Shown here piece by piece: positions 26,921 through 40,095 of a DNA stretch of 64,000 nucleotides. Each line of letters opens with the position of its first letter. Within the stretch, counting starts at the first letter, position 1. The notes under the pieces were generated by a model. That model did not search any database, had not been told where the DNA came from, and saw only the letters and a list, made by a program, of their open reading frames with translations. Location: NCBI RefSeq assembly GCF_036365525.1, contig NC_090404.1, forward strand, positions 7,192,001-7,256,000, given 5' to 3'. This stretch comes from Heterodontus francisci. Lineage: Eukaryota. Both the position numbers and the translations under genes were made by a program.

Positions 26921-27747
26921 GGACGGTTTTAAGGTACAGATCAGCCAGTGTCCACTTGGATGGCTGAGCAGGCTCAAGGGCCAAATGGCCTGTTCTTTTT
27001 CTTCTGTTTCTATTACTGCCCTCTAGTCACATGGTCTTCTGACTCCAGACTGACATATGAGGAGTTCTCACTCATGACATACATCAGAAAACTGCCTTTC
27101 ACCGTTATTGCTAATTATTCCCCACCTCAAAAAGATTCCACAGAATTGCACTTTCCCGGCTTTTGCCCCTCCTCTGATTGGTTGCTGCATATTTTCATCC
27201 TCCCAAATATCGTGAGAAGGCGCTGGAAAATTAACGTTCTTCCCTGTTGGGTCTAAAATCCGGAATTCCATTTGACACTCGTTTTGAGCCAGTATGAATT
27301 CTATGTCTAGCTCGTGTCCTTGGGTGACAGGTGCGTTATATTCAGCGGAGATGTGATCGGGTGCAAGGATCAATGGACGGGCAGAAATACGAACATGCGA
27401 GCTTACGAGTTAGCAGTAGTAAGCCACTCGGCCCTTCTAGCCTGCTCCACCAGGGATTTCGGGAAGAACTTTATTCAGTGCGGACGCAATTTCTCACTCA
27501 ATTATTCGATTTTTAAGCCGGGTAATTGCTTCAAAGCCCATTGCAGGCTTCTTAGTGTGCAAGTACGCAGTATATGTTATAGAATCTCCCGGAAGCTTTT
27601 TCCGGTTGTTGTCCTTCCAATAAAGTGTAATATGTAAGTTACAGCTTGAGGTTGATATCTCGAAATTGATTTATTTTCCTAGAGGCTGTATACAGGTGTC
27701 TGATTCTGAAGATGAATCTTTGATTTATTTCCATTTCTGTTTTACAG

Positions 27748-28056
27748 TTCCTTGCTCCTGCAATGATCCAGTAATTAAAGTACTGCCGCCATCAATAGAA
27801 CAGGTCTTACTGGAGGCGACGGTGACGTTGACCTGCGTCGTGTCTCATGCTCCTTATGGCATCAACGTGTCCTGGACACAAGAAGAGAAGCCTTTGATAT
27901 CTGAGATTGCCGTCCAACCAGGAGAGGATCCCGACAGCGTGATCAGCAGCGTAAACATCTCGGCACAATCCTGGCTGAGTGGGGCTGTGTTCAACTGCGT
28001 GGTGAGCCATCAGGATCTGCCTACTCCTCTCAGAGATTCTATCCGCAAGGAAGAAG
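27748..28056 (+). pseudogene. IGHM: IgM CH3 exon (frame open)
   Basis: [30 protein letters not shown]...[14 protein letters not shown]; 309 nt. Confidence 0.95.
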
Positions 28057-28534
28057 GTGAGCGGTGAGATTGAAGCAATAAGTGAGAGGTTGCCCCTATT
28101 TCTTGTGATTGTGAAAGGGAAAATTCTTCTTAACAAGTGCTCCAATGAACAACCCCAATAATTTAATTGTAATTCTACGAACGGAGTCCTCTGGAATCAG
28201 AGGTGATGCATCTCAGGGGAAGTTAAATAGCAGATGAGAGAGAAATGATAGAAGGAGGAGAAGGAGTATTGGGTGCAGCATAAGAAATTGTACAGGCTAG
28301 CTGCGCAGAGGGGTCTTTTCCTGTGCTGTAAATTCTATGCAATTCCCCAGTGTAATAGCTTCGGTTCTCAGCGAGAAGGATTTGCTCCAGAGTGGAAAAC
28401 AGGACAGGCCCCAGTGGGGAAAAGGAAAACCGTTAAAATCCAGCACAAAGCACTATTCCTATCACATCTAACCACCAGTTTTATTCTCTCTGGAATTCTC
28501 CAGTTTATTGACATTTATTTTAATTTTTCTGCAG

Positions 28535-28925
28535 ATAAAGATCTGCAGGACCCTTCCGTGTCTGTCCTCCTGCCCCCGGCAGACGAAGTCTCCACTCAGA
28601 GATTCCTCTCCCTCACCTGCTCAGTGAGAGGTTTCTCCCCCAAGGAGATCTTCGTCAAGTGGACCGTCAATGACAAGTCGGTGAATCCCGGCAACTACAA
28701 AAACACCGAGGTGATGGGGAGAACGACAATAGCTCCTTCTTCATCTACAGCCTGTTATCCATTGCAGCGGAGGAGTGGACCAGCGGCGCTTCTTACTCCT
28801 GTGTGGTGGGACATGAAGCGATCCCCTTGAAGATCATCAACAGAACAGTTAATAAATCCAGCGGTAAACCGAGTTTTGTGAACATTTCCCTTGCACTGTT
28901 GGACACTGTCAATTCATGTCAATGA
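28535..28925 (+). pseudogene. IGHM: IgM CH4 and secretory tailpiece with 1-nt deletion
   Basis: [15 protein letters not shown]...; ATG G-G GAG at 28717 versus ATG GCG GAG in the paralog; tail [19 protein letters not shown]; internal TM donor G/GTAAA at 28864. Confidence 0.95.
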
Positions 28926-29994
28926 GAATCTCTCGATTGCATTTCAATCTTAAATACCTGTTCTTCCAATCGCGATTTAAATACACAACCGCTTAGTTAT
29001 TTTTGCTTGCCACATTTGCTAAGTGTAGGTCAATTCATCTAAAGTAGGATATTTGCAGATCTCGGGCTCAAGTCTTTTAGAACCAGTGCTCCCAGATACA
29101 CCACAGGTTGGCTGCAGAGCAAAGCTAATTCATTAGAGGATTCCGTTGAGTTACTTCGGCAACGTTTCCCCTGCTGGGGGAGGTCTGAATTTTTCCCTTC
29201 TCTAACAAACAAACGCAGGCATTTAGATCACAGTATCTCTGTTTCCCGTGTTGTCAGCCCCTTGAGAATTGGTGTCAGTTTTAAATTACAGCATAAGAAG
29301 CACTGGGAACTGAAGGGAGGGGCACACACCAACACCAAGTATACCAAAATCTCCCATCAGAAAGAGGGAAAAAGGCGATTTATTAACTCACTGTATCCCT
29401 ACTTTCTCAACATAAAGAAAGGAAAAGAACAATTGCTGTTCCATTGTAGCTCCACTTCTCCAATCGAGAGAAGGGAAAGGCAGTTGTCGCCCCTCTCCCC
29501 AATTTCTACAACAGAGAAAGGAGCAAAGCCATTTGTTAACCCACTATACTCCCACTCCCCGGATGGAGACATGAGAAGACAACTGCTCTCTATTAGATGG
29601 ACTCAGTTGCCATCGGTGCAAAGTCTGCTTCTAGTTCATTGTGCGAATGTTCAAACGTTCCACATGAGAATCATATTGTAAAATATATATGCATGCAATA
29701 TAATATTTTTAAACACTTCCTTGTTAATCTTATGCGACCAGATTGAATTCTAATCGTCCAAATCTGATTGTTGATCGAATCCTCCTCTGTTTTTTTCACG
29801 CTTGTGTTCCTGATGTTTCTGGGGCCCATCAGTTGTATTGCTGCGTGCATTCAGCTGATGTTATGTTGTATCTTGCACAGAATACATTTATGCACAGAAC
29901 AGTGAAGAATATTCTTTACAATACACACTGTCAAGGCCATGCTCGGATATTGGTTCTCAGTGGAACTTTGAAAAATAATAAAAATGCATTGGCA

Positions 29995-31520
29995 CACGGA
30001 CACAAACACACACATAAACACACTCGCATGCACAAATACACACATACAGCGACACACACGAACAGACCCAAACGCTGAAAGAAATGCTCCCACAGTCATA
30101 CACACAAACATAAACATAAGCACACACAAAGAACAAGAACAAAGAACAAAGATAATTACAGCACAGGAACAGGCCCTTCGGCCCTCCAAGCCTGCGCCGA
30201 TCCAGATCCTCTCTCTAAACATGTCGCCTATTTTCTAAGCTTCTGTATCTCTTTTCTTCCTGCCCATTCATGTATCTGTCTAGATACATCTTAAAAGACT
30301 CCATCGTGCCCGCATCTACCACCTCCGCTGGCAATGCGTTCCAGGTGCCCACTACCCTCTGCGTAAAGAACACGTTAGTACAGTCTCACGCACAACGAAA
30401 TCTAGACATAAAAGCATACACTAGGATACACATTAATACATATACATGGACGCACATGCTCGCAGATTAACAGATTCACACACACACACATAAGCACTTA
30501 GATAAATAGACACATTAACACACTCACTCATACACACATAATCACCAACATCAATATGCTGACACACATGGATACACAAACACACACATGAACACATACA
30601 ATATCACAAATGTGCACATACTCACACATTAACACACACATTAATACATAGTTATTACAAAGCACTGAATATTTTTCCAATTCGCCATTGTGCCTCATTT
30701 TTTTTTGCGAGGAGCAGCTTTGACAGAACGAGGTGCGGAGCGAACTTGCAGCTGAGCGGTCAATTTCAGTAAGTTACAAATCAATCCCCTTTTGTTTCGG
30801 AGGACCAGGGGACTGCTGGGTAAGGGAAAACTATTTATTTGGGCAGTTTTAAAATCTTTTTCTTTTTGCGAGGAGCAGCTTTGACAGAACGAGGTGCAGA
30901 GCGAACTTACAGCTGAGCGGTCAATTTCAGTAAGTTACAAGTTAATCCCCTTTTGTTTCGGAGGACCAGGGGACTGCTGGGTAAGGCACATACTCACACA
31001 TTAACACACACATTAATACATAAATGTCGTTATCAACACGTAAATTTACACATTATTACAATTCTAGGGGCACACACACACACACATAAAGAAACACATC
31101 ACCTATGCATGCACTTATATTGACACGTATAAACACATTAACTCACAGGGACACATTAACGCAACCATCAACACAAAAACACGGATTACCAAACTCATCG
31201 GGACACAAACACACACATAAACAAATATTAACATGCTCAGGCACGTATGGACAGATCGACAAAACACACACAGACTGTCACTTGAATACACACTTCAATG
31301 CACATTGGCACATTAACATCCATTACCATACATGGACACATAGACACAGCAGCAACATATAAACAAGCTCATTAATATACTCACACTTGTGTACACAAAC
31401 AAACAACTGAACACTTTCATTAATACTCACACAAACGCACACATGGATACGCAAACACAGTGTAATGAAAAGCAAGAGATACTCATGCCCAGATACACAA
31501 ACACTCAAGTGCACAAATAA
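29995..31520. repeat. CA-rich low-complexity tract in the CH4-TM intron
   Basis: Degenerate (CA)n; paralogous TG-rich tract at ~61560-62490. Confidence 0.85.
30126..30370 (-). mobile_element. CR1 3' tail insertion
   Basis: Reverse complement of 11580-11815; absent at the paralogous site ~62360. Confidence 0.85.
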
Positions 31521-32113
31521 AAAGGCCAGATTACAGGCAAGAGCATTATTCAAATGCACTGTTTCAACAGACACCGTCTCCAACAATTTCCCTCATACAT
31601 TTTGGACCTGCAATCACAATGAAGTAATATTCTCAAAGAAACTGCGATAAATTGATGATTTCCCAACTACTTTCATGAGAAATAAACAAACAAGATTGGA
31701 ATTCACATCCGATCCCTTACTCAACACCACTGACAATCTCCAAGTAAGTAACTGTCTGATCCCTATCTTCAAAATAATTGTTATCGATCTGTAAACCTCC
31801 CTCGTTATCTTCTCGTATTCCCTAATGATGGAACGAAATTGATGCAAAATAAAATAGAGCCTGACACTAAAGAAAAAAGAAACTGACACGTTTTCCAACA
31901 CGGCCTGCATGAGGATGATAAAAGAAGAACGGCTGTGGATTTAATAAGAGAGAGAGATTGCTGAGCATGAATAACAACAATAAATAAGCATTGACAATTA
32001 AATTAAAGAACAAAATAACAGCTGAAGGAAGAGAACTCCAAATACAAAGTAACAATCTTAGATCCTGGAGTGATAAATCATCGAAATACATTTTCTCCTC
32101 TACATCTGCGTAG

Positions 32114-32241
32114 ATTCCTCAGACCACATCTGGATTGAAGACAATGAGGAAAAGAGCGGCAACATCTGGAGAACCGCTTCCACATTCATCATCCTGTTCT
32201 TCCTGAGCATTTTCTACAGTGCTGCCGTCACTCTGGTGAAG
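32114..32241 (+). pseudogene. IGHM: IgM TM1 exon, splice donor mutated
   Basis: DSSDHIWIEDNEEKSGNIWRTASTFIILFFLSIFYSAAVTLVK followed by TTGAGA; the paralog has GTGAGA. Confidence 0.93.
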
Positions 32242-32385
32242 TTGAGAATATTCAATCCACTCACACTTCAATTTGACTGAAGCTGTTTGACAAATCTCGA
32301 AAAGTTTCATAGATTTAAAAAATAGTCTGAGATAAATATCCAGACCACGAAACCTCTGCTTCATTCTTTTATCCCTCTTTTACAG

Positions 32386-32394
32386 GTCAAGTGA
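32386..32394 (+). pseudogene. IGHM: IgM TM2 exon, coding part (VK*)
   Basis: ttttacag/GTC AAG TGA. Confidence 0.9.
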
Positions 32395-33677
32395 TCGATT
32401 GAATTTCGGTCGCCCTGAATTTTCCTCATTTTCTAACATCTCTGTATTACTCAAACAAACTGTAAAAGTAAAATTCCAACAGTTGATGGTTCTGAAACTG
32501 TAACTGAGAAATTCAGAAACATTATTTCCGTTTTTCTCTTTGTAATGTTTGAGATAATCGTGGCTTTAATGTAAATATGTTTTCGAATTTGACCTTTGTT
32601 TGAACTTGATGTGTAAATAAGTAAATATTCCTGATTCACAATTGTGTCCTTCACTTTACGTTGAGCCATTTTTTGTCTCTCTGGTCTTGTTACAGTTTTA
32701 CAGACAGCTGGCAGCTCATGTGTTCTGTTCTCAGTTTATCGCACAGTTGTTACATTCAGTTTCGACCTTTCCCTTAAAAAAACGGAATTCTCTGTAAAAT
32801 GCTCCTGTTGAAATTGTTAATAATCTTGAATATGGACGAACATGGACTTGCTGAATTCCTGGTGCCAATGACAACACTGTTCCATGTTCCCTATTACACG
32901 TTTTCCCATTTCCTAGACAGCTATTTTTCACCAGTTCTGTCTGGGTTGTGTTTGAACACAATGCCCTTCAGTGAAGGAGCCGCTGCGCCATCCATAGCCC
33001 CATTAGATTAAAGACACATTTCCCCCTGCCTTATTATGTCAATCGCCAGAGACAGAATGACTGCACAGTGACAAAGAACACCTTGCTGACTTCTCCCATC
33101 ATATGGTCTATCACAGTCACATGCCAGGTTATATTAAAGAGCAGCACTCTGCTCCCACACAGCCTGATATGTACAATATGGAAGAATACTGTTCCATCAA
33201 TATTTTACAGGGCAGATATGGCACTGCTTTGATAGAGAGTAAATCTCCCTCTTCACTGTCCCATCAAACACTCCCAAGGCCGGTACAGCACAGGTTAGAT
33301 ACAGAGTAAAGCTTCCGATAAACAGTACCATCAAACAGGGCAGGCATTGCCCGGTGTACATACTGTGTAAAACTCCTTCTACAGCGAAACATAGACATAG
33401 AAACATATAAAATAGGAGCAGGAGTAGGCCATTTGTCCCTTCGAGTCTGCTCCACCATTCATTATGATCAGTAGCCTGTTCTGGCTTTCGCACCATACCC
33501 TTTGACCTCTTTATTCCCAAGAGCTATATATAACTTCTTTCTGAAAATATACAAAGTTTCGGACTCAACTGCTTTCGATGGTAGCGAATTCCACAGGCTC
33601 ACCACTCTCTGGGTGAAGAAATTTCTCCTCATCTCAGTACACTGTCCCATCAAGCACTCCAGGACAGTAGCAGCACA

Positions 33678-35036
33678 CTTCTTCACACCCTACCTCCTGT
33701 AAGGACTCCATTCCATTCTCCCAGTTTCTCCATCTCCGACGCATCTGCTCTGATGATGCTACCTTCCATGACGGTGCTTCTGATATGACCTCCATTTTCC
33801 TCAACCGAGGATTTCCCCCCACTGTGGTTGACAGGGCCCTCAACCGTGTCCGACCCATTCCCCGCACCACTACCCTCACCCCTTCCCCTCCCTCCCAGAA
33901 CCGTGACAGGGTTCCCCTTGTCCTCACTTTTCATCCCACCAGCCTCCATATCCAAAGGATCATCCTCCGCCATTTTCGCCACCTCCAGCGTGATGCCACT
34001 ACCAGTCGCATCTTCCCCTCCCTTCCCCTGTCAGCATTCCGAAGGGATCATTCCCTCCGCGACACCCTGGTCCACTCCTCCATTACCCACACCAACTCGT
34101 CCCCGTCCCAGGGCACCTTCCCTTGCAATCGCAGGAGGTGTAATACCTGCCCATTTACCTCCTCTCTCCTCACTATCCCAGGCCCCAAACTCTCCTTTCA
34201 GGTGAAGCAGCGATTTACTTGTACTTCTTTCAATGTAGTATACTGTATTCGCTGCTCACACTGTGGTCTCCCCTACATTGGGGAGACCAAGCGCAGACTG
34301 GGTGACTGCTTTGTGGAACATCTCCGCTCAGTCCACAAGCAGGACACTGAGCTTCCGGTTGCTTGCCATTTCAACACACCCCCCTGCTCTCATGCTCACA
34401 TCTCTGTCCTGGGATTTCTGCAGTGTTCCAGTGAGCATCAATGCAAGCTCGAGGAACAGCATCTCATTTACGGATTAGGCACACTACAGCCTGCCGGACT
34501 GAACATTGAGTTCAATAATTTCAGAGCATGACAGCCCCCCACTTTACTTTCATTTTTAGTCATTTTTAGTTATTTTTTCTTCCTTTTTTTTACATTCCTT
34601 TTTACATTTTTTACAATCTTTTTTTGCATTTATTTCATTTCATCTTAGTCTCACCCACTGTTTTTTTCAGGTTGTTTTTCTTCAGGTTTGCACTTGCAGC
34701 TGTTCAATATTCAGTATATTCACACCTAATCTGTACTAATGCTTTGTCTTTCAACACACCATTAACATATTGTTTGCCTTTGCTCCGTGACCTTTTGGTC
34801 AGCTATGTGGCCTGGTCCAATCTGCACCTTCTCCTTTGTTATCTCTTGCCCAACCCCCACCTCACTTGTTTATAATCTGTGACTTTTCTAATATTTGTCA
34901 GTTCCGAAGAAGGGTCACTGACCCGAAACGTTAACTCTGCTTCTCTTTCCACAGATGCTGCCAGACCTGCTGAGTGAATCCAGCATTTCTTGTTTTTGTT
35001 TCAGATTTCCAGCATCCGCAGTATTTTGCTTTTATT
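33678..35036 (+). mobile_element. 5'-truncated Penelope-like element (RT end, GIY-YIG endonuclease, pLTR with hammerhead motif)
   Basis: ORF 33785-34531 with NVVYCIRC..C..PYIGETKR; 14-bp TSD ACAGTAGCAGCACA at 33664-33677 and 35037-35050. Confidence 0.9.
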
Positions 35037-35054
35037 ACAGTAGCAGCACAGGTT

Positions 35055-35430
35055 AGATACAACACAGACACATGAGGGAGCACAAACACTGTGAATGATT
35101 CCGAGAGACTGGTGAATATCTGACACAATATACCATTGAGCGCAAATGCGGGAATTATTCCAAGAGTCTGGGGTCCATCTGACACAACAGGGAGCACAAA
35201 GCCTAGGAATGATCCCACAGCCTGGGGCCTGTCTAATACACCAGAGAGGGCAAACGCTGGGAATGATTTCCAAAGCCTGACGTCAATGTGAAAAACAAGG
35301 AAGCAGAATTCCTGGGTTGATTCCCAGAGCCGGAGTCCTGTCTGTCAGAAGAGAGAGCACAAATTGTAGGAATGACTGCCGGAGTCTGAGGCTTATCTTA
35401 TCCAGTGACTCTGTCTTTGCATTTTCCGTT
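35055..35430. repeat. ~55-bp degenerate tandem repeat
   Basis: agcacaaa...ggaatgattcc units; inverted paralog at ~59250-59650. Confidence 0.7.
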
Positions 35431-35432
35431 AT

Positions 35433-38400
35433 GGATACGGTTGTGGGGGACGACCTACCAGAGGAAAGCCACAGTGGCCAGGTCTCTGGCTCTGAGACTG
35501 GCACAGTGGCCCAGCAGGGAAGGGGGGAGAATAGGAGAGAGATAGTTTTAGGGATTCAATGGTCAGAGGAACAGACAGGAGATTCTGTGGTCGCGAACGA
35601 GACTCCCAGATGGTATGTTGCCTCCCGGGTGCCAGGATCAGGGATGACTCGGATCGAGTCCACAGGATTCTTAAGGGTGAAAGGGAGCAGCCAGAGGCCG
35701 TGGTACATCGGGTTGCATCTGAACTGGAGTGGCACCCATATCCTGGGTGGGAGGTTTGCGAGAGCTCTTTGGGAGGGTTTAAACTAGTTTGGCAGGGGGA
35801 TGGGAACCGGAGCCACAGATCAGTGGATGGGGTAGCTGTTGAACAGGCAGATACCGAGTGCAGAGAGTCTGTGAGGAAAGTTAGACAGTTGACAGGGCAA
35901 AGATGCAGCCAGTATGATGGGTTGAAATGTATCTATTTTAATGCAAGAAGTGTCAGGAATAAGGGCGATGAACTTAGAGCATGGATCAGTACTTGCAGCT
36001 ACGATGTTGTGGCCATTACGGAGACGTGGATATCACAGGGGCAGGAATGGATGTTGGATGTTCCGGGGTTTAGATGTTTCAAAAGGAAAAGGGAGGGAGG
36101 TAAAAGAGGTGGCGGAGTGGCATTGTTAATCAGGGATAGTATCACAGCTGCAGAAAGGGAGGTCGTCGAGGAGGGTTTGTCTACTGAGTCATTATTGGTG
36201 GAAGTCAGAAACAGGAAAGGAGCAGTCACTTTGTTGGGAGTTTTCTATAGACCCCCCAATAGCAACAGAGATATGGAGGAACAGATTGGGAGGCAGATTT
36301 TGGAAAGGTGCAGAAGTAACAGGGTTGTTGTCATGGGTGACTTCAACTTCCCAAATATTGATTGGAACCTCCTTAGTGCAAATAGTTTGGATGGAGCAGT
36401 TTTTGTCAGGTGTATCCAGGAAGGTTTCCTGACTCAGTATGTAGATAGGCCGACTAGAGGGGAGACTATGTTGGACTTGGTGCTTGACAACGAACCAGGC
36501 CAGGTGGCAGAACTCTCAGTGGGAGAGCATTTCGGTGAAAGTGATCACAACTCCCTGACCTTTACTATAGTCATGGAGAGGGACAGGAGCAGACGGGATG
36601 AGAAAATATTTAATTGGGGGAGGGGGAATTACAATGCTATTAGGACGGAACTGGGGAGCATAAATTGGGAACAAATGTTCTCAGGGAAATGCACGACAGA
36701 AATGTGGAGGTTGTTTAGGGAGCACTTGCTGCGACTGCTGGATAGGTTTGCCCCGATGAGGCAGGGAAGGGATGGTAGGGTGACGGAACCTTGGATGACA
36801 AGAGATGTGGAACAGCTAGTCAAGGGGAAGAAGGAAGCTTACTTAAGATTGAGGAAGCAAGGATCAGACACGGCTCGAGAGCTTTACAAGGTAGCCAGGA
36901 AGGAACTGAAGAATGGACTTAGGAGAGCTAGAAGGGGACATGAAAAAGTCTTGGTGGGGAGGTTTAAGGACATTCCCAAGGCTTTCTACACTTATGTGAA
37001 GAACAAGAGGATGGCCAGAGTGAGGCTAGGGCCGATCAGGGATAGTGGAGGGAACTTGTGCCTGGAGTCGGAGAAGGTAGGGGAGTTCCGAAATGAATAC
37101 TTTGCTTCAGTATTCACTAGTGAGAAGGACCTGGTGGTTTGTGAGGACAGCGTGGAACAGGCTGATATTCTCGAACAGATTGAGGTTAAGCGGGAGGATG
37201 TGCTGGAAATTTTGAATGATATGAGGACAGATAAGTCCCCGGGGCCAGACGGGAAATACCCAAGGATATCACGGGAAGCGAGGGAAGAGATTGCTGCGCC
37301 TTTGGCGATGATCTTTGCGACTTCACTGTCCACTGGAGTAGTACCAGATGATTGGAGGTTGGCAAATGTTGTTCCCTTGTTCAAGAAAGGGAATAGGGAT
37401 GACCCTGGGAATTATAGACCAGTCAGTCTTAGGTCGGTAGTGGGCAAATTATTGGAGAGGATTCTGAGAGACAGGATTTATGATTATTTGGAAAAGCATG
37501 GTTTGATTAGAGACAGTCAGCATGGCTTTGTAAGGGGCAGGTCATGCCTCACAAGACTTATTGAATTCTTTGAGGATGTGACAAAACACATTGATGAAGG
37601 AAGAGCAGTGGATGTGGTGTATATGGATTCTAGCAAGGCGTTTGATAAGGTTCCCCATGGTAGGCTCATTCAGAAAGTAAGGAGGCATGGGATTCAGGGA
37701 ACGTTGGCTGTCTGGATACAAAATTGGCTGGCCCATAGAAGTCAGAGGGTGGTAGTAGATGGAAAGTATTCAGCATGGAGCTCGGTGACCAGTGGTGTTC
37801 CACTAGGATCTGTTCTGGGACCTCTGCTCTTTGTGATTTTTATAAATGACTTGGATGAGGAAGTTGAAGGCTGGGTTAGCAAGTTTGCCGATGACACGAA
37901 GGTTGCTGGATTTGTGGATAGTGTGGAAGGCTGTTGTAGGTTGCAACTGGACATTGACAGGATGCAGAGCTGGGCTGAGAAGTGGCACATGGAGTTCAAC
38001 CTGGAAAAGTGTGAAGTGATTCATTTTGGAAGGTCGAATTTGAATGTGGAATAGAGGCTTAAAGACAGGATTCTTGGTTGCGTGGAGGAACAGAGGGATC
38101 TTGGGGTCCATGTCCATAGATCGCTCAAAGTTGCCACCCAAGTTGATAGGCTTGTTAAGAAGGCGTCTGGCGTGTTGGCTTTCATTAACAGGGGGATTGA
38201 GTTTAAGAGCCGCGATGTTATGCTGCAGCTCTATAAGTCCCTGGTTCGACCACACTTGGAATATTGTGTTCAGTTCTGGTCGCCTCATTATAGGAAGAAT
38301 GTGGAAGCTTTAGAGAGGGTGCAGAGGATATTTACCAGGATGCTGCCTGGACTGGAGGGCACGTCCTACGAAGGAAGATTGAGGGAGCTAGGGCTTTTCT

Positions 38401-38792
38401 CATTGGAGTGAAGAAGGATGAGAGGTGACTTGATAGAGGGGTCCACGATGATGAGAAACATAGATAGAGTGGATAGTCAGAGACTTTTTCCCAGGGTGGA
38501 AAGAGCTATCACCAGGGGGCATAATTTTAAGGTGATTGGAGGAAGATTTCGGGGCGATGTCAGAGGTAGGTTCTTAACACAGAGAGTGGTGGGTGCGAGA
38601 AATGCGCTGCCAGCGGTGGTAGTAGAAGCCGATACATTAGGGGCATTTAAGCGACTCTTGGATTGGTACATGGATGATAGTAGAATGAAGGGTAGGTAGT
38701 TAGTTTGATCTTAGAGTAGGTTAAAGATTCGGCACAACATCGTGGGCCGAAGGGCCTGTACTGTGCTGTACTGTTCTATGTTCTTTGTTCTG
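35433..38792 (+). mobile_element. Near full-length CR1 LINE: partial ORF1 (SGNH esterase), ORF2 (APE endonuclease and RT), 3' tail
   Basis: GDSMVRG...CCLPGAR; YFNARS, AITETW, GDFNFP, SDH, GVPLGSVLGP and FADDTK motifs; frameshift near 38050 and stop at 38409. Confidence 0.95.
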
Positions 38793-39139
38793 TACACAAA
38801 ACACGCTCTCTGCCTGTTAAGTTAGACGCACACACATGCTCCACTTTTCTGGTATGCACATGCAGAATCTCTGCTTCCTACCTTTCTACTGTGCCCGTGA
38901 CCCCTGCTCCTCTGTCACCTGTTTTCCTGATGACCTTTAACTCTGCTCCGCTACATTCCCTCTGATACCATCTCCCTGAACACGCTGAACAGCACCCTAG
39001 GGATCCGCCATTAAGAAGCTGAATTGTTCTCTACCTCCTTCACAGACTCACCGGATGTTTTTGACGCCTCCCAGCCAAGGGAACATCTTCAGAGATTTCT
39101 GATCAGGTCCGAGGATCTTCCAAAATTTTCCTTCTAATG

Positions 39140-40095
39140 CGGAGCCGCATTTCCTCCATCTTCAGCTGCTTCATCAATGACCTTCCTACAATCATAAGCT
39201 GAGAAGTGGGGATGTTTGCTGCTGATGGCACAATGATCAGCACCTTTAGCAACTCCTCAGATACTGAGACAGTCCGTGTAGAAATGCAACAAGACTTGAA
39301 CAATATTCAGGCCTGGGCTGATAAGTGGCAAGTAACACTCATGCCACACAAGTGCCAGTCAATGAAGATCTCCAACAAGAGCGATTCTAACCATCTCATC
39401 CTGACATCCAAGGGAATTATGGTCGCTGAATCCTCCATTATCAACATTTTGGGCTTACTATTGACAAGAAGCTGAACAGGAGTAGCCATAGAAATACCAA
39501 GGTTCGGAATTCTGCGGCGAGTAACTCACCTCCTGACTCACCAAAGCCTGTCCACAATCTGCAAGGAAAAAGTCAGGAGTGTGATGGAATATTCCCCAGT
39601 TGCCTGGATGGGTGCAGCTCCAATAACCTTTAAGAAACTCGACGCCTTCCAGGACAAAGCAACCCGCTTAGATTGTCACCCCATCCACTAACATTCACTC
39701 CCTCCACCACCGACGCATAGTGGCAGCAGTGTGTACCATCTACAAGATGCACTGCAGCAACTCACCAAGGCTTCTTGGACAGCACGTTCCAAACCCGCGA
39801 CCTCTACCAACTCGAAGGACAAGAGCAGCAGATGCATGGAAACACCACCAACTGCAAGTTCCCCTCCAAGCCACATGCCATCCTGTCTTGGAACTATATC
39901 GCCGTTTCTTCACTGTAACTGGATGAAAATCCTGGAACTCGCTTCCTAACAGCACTTTGGATGTACCGACACCAGAAGGACTGCAGCGGTTCAATAAGGC
40001 AGCTCATCACCAGCTTCTCGAGGGCAATTAGGGATGGGCAATAAACACACACCTGACCAGCGATGCCCACATCCCATGAAGGAATTACAAAACAA
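39140..40095 (+). mobile_element. LINE family B 3' fragment
   Basis: GMFAADG / WADKWQV motifs; tail gggcaattagggatgggcaataaa...cccacatcccatgaa; empty site in the paralog at ~58805. Confidence 0.85.

Noticed and set aside
29743-31650. His/Thr- and Val/Cys-rich ORFs (also 61967-62564)
   Set aside because: Translation artefacts of CA/TG low-complexity DNA
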